DNA of 64,000 bases from Schmidtea polychroa. Its lineage: Eukaryota. This document shows positions 55,065 through 64,000 of the stretch, piece after piece. Numbering within the stretch: position 1 is the first letter of the stretch; each line of letters opens with the position of its first letter. The stretch spans positions 48,858,001 to 48,922,000 of the forward strand of contig CM097885.1 of the NCBI GenBank assembly GCA_044892525.1, written 5' to 3'. The notes below the pieces were generated by a model. That model was not told the DNA's origin, ran no database searches, and saw only the letters and a list, made by a program, of their open reading frames with translations. The translations under genes were made by a program, and so were the position numbers.

Positions 55065-56016
55065 TGTTAAGCTGCATAAACTTCATCCGATATTCTTGTT
55101 TATTAGTACGTATTATTGGTAACGTTTGGGTATGTAAGTTAGTATTGTAGGTTTGGGTATGTAAGTTTGTATTGTACATTTGATGTCTGGATGTGTGTAG
55201 AGACATTTTTATAGGGGCCGATAGAGTCACCGATAAAAATATGTGCCGGGACAATCGTGGTGCGTGTGTTATTTAAAGTATTATGTTCACAAAATAAATA
55301 TAAAATAATGAACTAGAAAAATATAACAAACAAACTATGTTTTTGTAACATTTATTAACACTAAAAATTAAAAACCTTATTTGTTTGGGGATATCACGTA
55401 ACATAATTCTGGTTACGATAATTCGAGCCTTTTGGAATAGAATGAACACGAAATTTCTTTACTACAGTAACGTTTATTATTTTTCAGTACCTTCAATATT
55501 GTTTATAAACAGTGATGTTGAAGCTTGAGTTCGATTCGAGATTGGTTTTGGGGAGTTGTTTTAAATGGAAACTGAACTTATTTATTTTCTGGTTATGATA
55601 ATTTCGAGTATTTTGAAATAGAATGAATACGAAATTTCTTTACTACAGTAATGTTTATCTTCCAATACTTTTAATAGAGTTTGTAATTAGTGATATTGAA
55701 GCTTGAGTTCGGTTCGAGATTGGTTTTTGGAGAATTGTTTTAAATAGAAACTGAACTGAAACCTTCTATTTACGTCCGGTTGTAGCTGAATAGACTAACG
55801 TAGATAACGTAGATTATCAGTTGAATATTTTCTTCGATTTTTTTTAATTTTTGATTTTTTACTATAGCGATAATTTATAGTAAATTATCGCTATATAGTT
55901 TTTAACATATCCTTTTCCCGACGCTACGGGGATGACAATGACCAAAAAGAAAACAAAGCTTAATTGAAATATTGTTGAAAACAACAATGACGATTAAAAT
56001 ACAACAATCTATTACA
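55065..56016 (-). mobile_element. Solo LTR related to the 15675-21825 Gypsy family
   Basis: Shares CCGATAGAGTCACCG..TGTG..GGGAC.ATCG.GGTGCGTGT and a hairpin with that LTR; TG...TTACA ends; no clear TSD, so boundaries are approximate. Confidence 0.7.
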
Positions 56017-59000
56017 GTTCGTAAAATAAACTAGTACTTAAAATAGCACTTAAGATGGTACTTAAAATAAACTAATGGTATCTTCGGTCTTACTTTTCCA
56101 ATGAGATTTAAAATCTTAACGATATTGTTGAATGCTCTTTTACATTAAGTCCTGTCATAATAATTATTTGATACAATTTCCATTATAAATTTAAAGGGGC
56201 ATATATTTTTCCCGAAAATGAAAATGTAGGAATATACCTTGATGATGCCGGTCATATATTTGACGTTTTTTCTGAGGTATATTGTCATAAATTGTTGATT
56301 GTTTGCAAATGTATTATTTTATAAATCGTGTTGTTGTTAAAAAAGGTCTATCGCTTATTGAATTTTTTATCGAGACGAATGTACGAAGGTGTAATAGTGA
56401 ACCTAAATGGGCAGTGAATATAAATGTGGTCGTAATATCTTAGAAAATAACCCTCTGGGTTGATCTTTTACAGGTTGAATCATTTATGTGAAATTGCGAA
56501 GCTTTAATTGGACAACAGTCACGTCCAGCATTTATTATTAGTTGACCATAAACGCAAACCGATGAACATTTCTCAAGGTAGTTCGAACCGTTATAGGAGA
56601 ATACCACTGATTTATTTGGCGATTTGTGACCACTGATGAAACTTAGGTCTACTACCTGATACAAACCTTCTTAAATGACATTTGTATGATGTATTATAAC
56701 ATAAAAATGTCTGTATACCTTCTTATGATAAATTGCTGTCAATAATCAAAGTTAATTTTAAAAATTAATTAATTCCATTAAGTTAAATAAAATCTTTCAA
56801 AAATGTTTGTTATTAATTCGATAACTCTTATATTTTATCACCACCATAGGTTTTTAATTACTAAACAGGAACCCATTGATAATTAATTTTAATACAATGA
56901 ACTCAATTTAATGTTTTAAACATATCGATGTGATAATAATCTGTTTAATAATTACATCATAATACATTAATTAATATTTTTGAATAATGTAATTTATAAA
57001 TCCGATTTGTAAATTTTTTTTAGAGCATTAACATTAGATTCAATGTAAAATCAATTATTGAAGTTAAAATTTTTGTTAAAAGCTCAATGTTTTTGTATGC
57101 AATTTCAAAGTTTTCTAAAAGTATTCTACAATTGCAATTTTAATCTATTCTTTTTTATTGTTTTCAAATTAATGGCAAATAAAACGAAAATTATTAGAAT
57201 TGATAGATTTTTTCTACACAAAAATTTCTCTAGATGCTTAATAATTTCGCATTTCTCATAAACTAGCAACGTCTTTCAGTGTTTTATATTTCCTAATAAT
57301 AAGTTGGTTATTGAATTTAGAAATCGATAAAATTTAGATGGGTTTTAAAAATTAATTAGTAACAAGGATGTGCAATTACGAATATTTATTTCGGCTTTTA
57401 AAGAAGTCAATTGAAAACTTAAATTACATAATAATTTCGAAAATGTCTTTTAGCTCAAATAATACTTACAGTCGAAATTTTTGATACTAATCTCATTTTC
57501 TATGTATTGTATTAATTAAATATTTCATTTCACGGTCTAGCATTAAAATTCTAGATAAAGATTATAAGTTCAATTATTTTTATCGTAAAACTTGTCAATC
57601 AAGTTATTCAATAATAATGAAAATAATTCATGGTTATTTCATAGGAATAGGTCATATAAACGTACGTAAAATGTTTTTGCTGATAATTTATATCGTTATG
57701 ACAAACATGATATAAATAATTACTAATCAGTGCAATGGGTAAAGGTTGAAGAGTTTTTTAAATATTAGAACTTTGAAATGGTAATAAAAATTTTACGGAA
57801 ACGGAATCTGATTATAAAAGTTTTTTACTCAAATTATATGTATGTTATTTGAAGCAAATCTCAGTTAATCCTTTCTACCTGGACGGTACATATATCTACC
57901 GATAAGATATAAACATCGATAAAAGTCTGAATTCTTATTTTATAAGGTACTATATTATACCACTTCGTTTTTATGTCTTACTAAATTATAAATCGTGGAA
58001 AAATGAAGAAAAACAAAATTTTTAATTTAACAATAATCTTTTCTTCAATGTTTCAATGTTAAAATTTATTATCTAAAATGAAATAGTAATGTACTTTTTG
58101 TTATTGTATTTGTTTTGTTTTGTTTTGTATTTGTTTATTGAAAAATATTGTCCCATTCCAATCGTTGGGGTATCAATTAAATATTTATTCTAAATTTCTA
58201 AAACAGGAATAAATATTCAAACATAAACAAATATCAAATTTTATCTGTAATAATATAACAAAAATTACTAACCGATTTTTTAAAATTATTTAGTAATTTT
58301 TATAAACTTTTTGTTTTGGTACTAATCAAAGTGTGTGTTATATTTGATGGGGTTACTTTTTAGCTTTAATTTTGTTTTGGCGAATTATTACCAAGAAAAT
58401 ATTTATCATTGGACTTGGTTTTAAGACCTCATAGTTAAGTTAAACTAAAATTACTCTAAATTTTGTGTTTTAGTTTTTCATTAAGGTTTATTAATATTTT
58501 AAAGAATAACAAATCCATTTCAAAATTTGTTTTATAAATTAACTAAACATGTTTTACTACCTAGAAATTGTATTCACATAAACTGTCCTAGATCCTACTA
58601 GGATTTGTATTGTTTCTTAACAAATTAGTTTTTATCTTTACAGCTTCATTGTTCTTAATCTTTAATTTGTAATATGTTTAATTTGCAAAATATTAATAAA
58701 TTTGGCAATTTTCCATATAAATTTTCATATCAGAAATATGATTACTTTTAATTTTGATTGAAAATAGCTTTATTATCCAAATTAAATTATTATTTCAGTA
58801 AAATTTAATATTAGAATTTAAGTTTCTGGGTTTAATTTTTAAATTATTCTTTTAGAACATTGTTTAAATTCGAAGTCAAATCATTTTAAATTAATAAAGC
58901 CAGTTTTGTCTCAATTTTTCATATATCTTTAATTTATAATTTTTCATGATTCCAGGATATTACATTTTTACCGATTTTGGAATTGCATAGAATTTATAAT

Positions 59001-59893
59001 CTGCTATAACCTTATATTTCTAGCGCTCGTCATTCCTCCCGTGGAAAATATTTTATTCCAACATTCATTATATATACTTCATATTTTTGTTTTTTATTTT
59101 ATATCTCAGCAATTTCAAAGTTTACTGGGTTCTTGACTAGATTTATAATATTGTCTTTTATTTCATTCTCATTAGTCTAAATATCCAATAGATTACGAAT
59201 AATTTCTTGTTTGGTTGGCAAATTACAATAATCGAACTTAGGGTGGTCCCAAAAATTTTAATCTTTAGTACAGTGTTCTCCAAACTGTCATTCTGTTCCA
59301 ATAGTGTTTGAAAAATTATGTTAAAAAAATTACTTAATAAATTAAAATTACTTAATAAAATTACATAATAATAATAATTATAATAATAATAATAGTGTTT
59401 GAAAAATTATGTTAAAAAAATTACTGAAATAGAACACTATTTAGAACTTGCACAACCCAATTATATTTTTATTAATATGGTGCTATTTACGCGCAAAAGT
59501 CAAATTATTGAAATTTTGCTAGAACTAATTTATTCACTTCTAAAACATATTAAACGTTAACTAAATAATGCTAATTGACAATAATGTTTACTGCATGCAT
59601 GATTGTGTATATTAAAACTAGCGTACGAGTACATGTTTAATACAGCTTTTACAGTTTTGCAAAATTATGTATCTCTGTCAACGTCACTGCTACTGCATAT
59701 TGTTCTCTCGATTGTTGCAGTTTTCGCAGTGCTAAGAAAATCCTCCGATGGTTTTCAACAACTTGCTGTAAGAACTGGATTTGCTCTTCATTTCGAGTTA
59801 GCAACGATTTGAATTCCGGCATTGCTTGGTATATGTTGAGAAATGGGTGCCGCGCATATTTTTGATATTTTGTCCTTATACGCCTATATAAAC

Positions 59894-59958
<65 letters not shown>

Positions 59959-59973
59959 TATAATAATAATAAT

Positions 59974-60062
<89 letters not shown>

Positions 60063-60574
60063 TAATAATAATCATAATAAAATAATAAAAATAAATTAAA
60101 AATAATTAGTAATTAATATTAAAAATTATAATAACAACCGATCTAACGTAATTGTTGCATACAAGAAAGTATAAGACTACGGTGAATAAATTCAGTTAGC
60201 TACTCATTATTTTGATGAAATAATAGAATTTATATTTGAGGGGAAAACGTTCGTATTGTATAACATAATTAAATCTTTTACTTTGATGCTTGGATAAAAG
60301 TATTGTAACGATGTATGTTGTTTAATGAGTAATTTAAGAACAAATCCCATCAAAGAGATTCGTCTTAAATTATGGACATACGATCTGTAATGTATTAATT
60401 AGTATTGATCCACTTCGATTCAATACTAAAATCTATACTAAATTTAATATTAAATTCAATACTAAAAATATTAATTCAATATAAATTCATAAATGCCTAA
60501 CAAAAATAAAAATGAATGAGGATAATTTAAATCTTATTGCTAAATACTGACTGATATAATTTTGATTTCCTTAG

Positions 60575-60691
60575 GTTGACAATGTTCGTTTGTTGGACAG
60601 CTATGAATCTTCGATAGGGATCAAAGGCAAACTTCACATTACTGTTTCTCATTTGATTTTTCTATCAGAAGACTTGAAAGAAGAAAAATGG
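60575..60691 (+). CDS. MTMR6/7/8: MTMR6/7/8-like myotubularin exon (PH-GRAM N-terminus)
   Basis: TTCCTTAG acceptor; VDNVRLLDSYESSIGIKGKLHITVSHLIFLSEDLKEEKW resembles VENVRLVD...GTLYLTATHLIF...KETW; GT at 60692. Confidence 0.85.
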
Positions 60692-60878
60692 GTAAACCAA
60701 ATATGTTTTCATTTAATCTTGTATATTTTATTTCATTTCATATATTATTTTTTAAATCGGAATATTTTGGAATATAATTATTAACAAATATAAAAAATAT
60801 GAAAACTTTATTTATTTATTTAAAGAGTTCCTGTGATTTTTGGATATTTAGATATTATTATTATTATTATTATTGTTA

Positions 60879-60958
<80 letters not shown>

Positions 60959-61544
60959 AATGTATTAATATTGATTCAATTTTCGGAACATTCATAATAA
61001 TAAATTTCGGAACAATCAATAAATAAAACAAATATTTGCAAACTATTTCCGTTAATGACCATAAAATCAGTTTCAAATTTTGATGAAATGGAAAGAAATT
61101 GTTATATATATAATTTTTTGATCTATTGATTTCTAAAACATCTATATTTAGTTTATCCTAAAAATCATTCAATCACTCAATAACTATTTTGATTAGAAAT
61201 CAATTAGATATTATTAATATTTAATTAAAATCTCTAGTCAATATTTTTTACTTTCGATTTCATTATTCTATTTTATCGTAATAAATTTTGGATAGATTTT
61301 ACCAAAAGTTGCAATTTATCTAATTTTTTTTTATCCAATTGATGCAAAATATTTTTATAATAATTTACCATTTGGGTTCTTTTTGAAAGCGTCGATAAAA
61401 TACCTTCAGCAATTCAGAAGATATCATACACATTAATTAACTTGTATGAAACATTGAACAATATTTTTTGTGATTTATTTGAGAAATCAATACAATAAGT
61501 AATCAAGGCTTATTTTAATGTTTATTGATAAAATTATGATTAAT

Positions 61545-61905
61545 ATATTGTATTTATTATAAAGCTTGACTATGAATCAGTAAATATATCGATGTTTTTT
61601 GGATATATTTACTGATTCATAGTCAAGCTTTATAATAAATACAAAATCAATTGAAAAGAAATCATTGGTGAAATTTGAAAAAAGTTCTTATAATTAATAT
61701 ATTCTATATAATTAAATTTATTAAAAATAGAGTTTGAAGACTATAAATCAGCAATATATCGATGTTTTTGATACTTAGGTCCTCACGAATTTTCGGCACT
61801 GCCTTTTTCAAGTGAATTTCAAGTCTTCAAACTCTATTTTTAATAAATTTAATGAAAAAAATAATCAGTGGTGAAATTGGAAGAAATAAAAGTTCTTATA
61901 ATAAT
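61545..61905. repeat. Second copy of the multi-hairpin dispersed repeat
   Basis: ~95-bp hairpin at 61549-61643 plus a partial copy of the 41115-41320 hairpin. Confidence 0.75.
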
Positions 61906-63489
61906 ATATGATTAAATGCATTAGAAACTGATTAGAAAATGATTAAAATCATCCACTTATTATAAAATGCAGCCTTAACAATTTCATTAAAATATTGAAA
62001 ATATCTTATAGATAAGAACGGAAATTAGATAAATTATAATCCTAGGAAATTCTTTAATTTTTTTTGAAGTTATTAAAAATTTAGGAGAGGTATTTTAGTA
62101 AACCTTAGTTCAAGTTTCATAAGAAATTAAGTATTATTCAATCTAATTTTGAGATGTTGATTTCTATATTGACCATATTTTTATAAACTTATAATGTATT
62201 ATCAAACATTTCTAAATATTTATTAAAGTAATTAAATTCACTTTTATTAAATAAGGTATAATTTAACTTAACACTAACACATTAAATAACTTGTATGAAG
62301 CGTTGGCGAAAATGAAGGATAATTCTAGGGTTAATATAAATGCCAAAAATGGTTTTGTGAAATTCATAGATGTGAATATGTTGTATGTTTTGACTACCAA
62401 TAATTTGAATAAAAATTGATTTGTTTGAATAAAGTGACTTCAGTGGTTACCATTATGTGGGTGTCTAACCTTTTAAGTCATGTTTTCTAGGCATAATTAT
62501 TACGATTAATTATTTACTTATGATTACTAAACTCCCAAATTTATCAAAATGAGCAAAGAAAAAGATACTGCCATTAATTATTTGAAAATCAAAGCAGCCA
62601 CGATGGATCCACAGACAATTCGTATAAAGTAAATTCGTATAAAATAAAGTTTGGATAACGTAAATTTGTATTAGATTGTTTTTGGTTAATATGAAATTGC
62701 AAAATGACTAGTACAAATACTATATAATAAATGTAAAATAAATTATATAAAAAGTAAAACGAAATGGTCTTTAATCATCGATGGCTAGTTGATTATTGGT
62801 AGGCGTGTTTCAGAAATATAAGTTGTTTTTTTAACAGCAATCCTATATTTATTAAATACTGGTTGATTTCATTTCTCTTCTTGAATTCGTTCTGAATACT
62901 TGCTGACAATTTCGTTGGCTTTTTTAGTGTTAACAATATATCATTTTTATTGGATGTATTATTCTGTGACCACTCTTCAGCTGCGTAATTAACATACTTA
63001 TTAATATACATATTAATCCATATTCTTGAAGCTTTTTTCAAAAAGATTGATTTAAATGGAAAAGGCATCCATTGATACTTATATTTGGGAACGCTTGACT
63101 CGCTGAATTCATTTAAAATTACACACTGAACAACTTTAGTGGTTGCTAAAAACCACCCTGATTCATTTCATTATACATGAAAATACCTTTTTGGCTCCAA
63201 AGCATATTCGAACATTTTAATTTGCTTAACTAAGTTAATTTTCAGATTTCCTTGAATATTTCTTTTTCGAAAAAGTAATTCTTCCTCGATTTTCAGTTTT
63301 CTCAAAATTTCATTGGGCTCAAATAATTCTGATCTTCATTCTAATCTTTAAAAGCTGAAAAATACCTAAAATTCTTAAGTTATCGACTTTCAAATTTTTT
63401 AAACACAATAAAAAAGGATCTTTCACATAACCCACAAAAGAATACAAATCCCAACCTAAAAAATTAGGTAAGACATACAAAAAGCACAA

Positions 63490-63640
63490 CACACACGCAA
63501 TTGATCACAACGTTTCAGGGCACTTTGTAGACAATCTGACAAAAGATAAGCTGGGAAACGCTGATGTTACATGTGTACCACCAAATCTGACGTTGCTTCT
63601 TCAGTCATTGGACGCAGGAATTATACTTTAATTTAAGGCA
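63490..63640 (+). pseudogene. pogo/Tigger DDE transposase fragment
   Basis: VPPNLTLLLQSLDAGIIL*FK resembles the PPN.T..LQPLD.GII..FK motif. Confidence 0.55.
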
Positions 63641-64000
63641 AGAGTGTTCAAGTTTTCCATTCTCAAGATATTATCTGTAATAGAAATTCCAGATCATGCT
63701 CTTGATTTGACTCGTCCATTTACAATTTTAGAATCAATATTAGGAAGAAGTGTACCCGTCAACTATTCAAGCATGTTTCCAAAATTATGGATTTATTTTA
63801 TCAGATACAACTTAAAAGGAGGGAAAAGAAGATATCTTTGAGTTCCTTGAAATGATTAATGAATATAATGTCGTGAAATACCTTATAAAGGAACATAGAT
63901 ATTGTATATATATTATATACATATCTTCACACGAAGCAATACAATCTTTAAAGATTTTTTTAAATATTTTGAAGAGAATTGGATTAAGAAGCTTTTACAG

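Noticed and set aside
62793..64000. Possible MULE or other transposase fragments (62793-63300, 63830-64000) and the ORF at 56440-56664
   Set aside because: Only short, ambiguous motifs (e.g. FFKYFEENWI); not assignable without a search.

Overview
AT-rich, intron-containing animal genomic DNA with many (AAT)n/(TA)n tracts and some very short introns; a planarian-like invertebrate is plausible but cannot be shown from sequence alone. There are two host genes on the + strand. The first is the 3' half of a tolloid/BMP1-family gene (CUB-EGF-CUB-CUB, seven exons from 1 to 40070). The second is the 5' end of a myotubularin MTMR6/7/8-like gene (exons at 51007-51030 and 60575-60691, plus a candidate alternative first exon at 51760-52146). 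The most striking structure is a ~20-kb element (4627-24595) filling most of a 22.9-kb tolloid intron. It has Polinton/Maverick hallmarks (AG...CT termini, >1-kb TIRs, 6-bp TSD TTCGAT) but no recognisable core genes. Internally it is a nested fold-back palindrome carrying IAP-type RING gene copies, a repeated TATA+palindrome module and AP-1/NR5A-like motif arrays. A young intact Gypsy retrotransposon sits in one arm. A separate decayed Polinton (capsid, protease, pPolB) lies at ~41380-44230. The rest is hAT, pogo/Tigger and piggyBac elements and MITEs, a rearranged second Gypsy, and a solo LTR. All family assignments come from motif recognition by eye; no database search was run.
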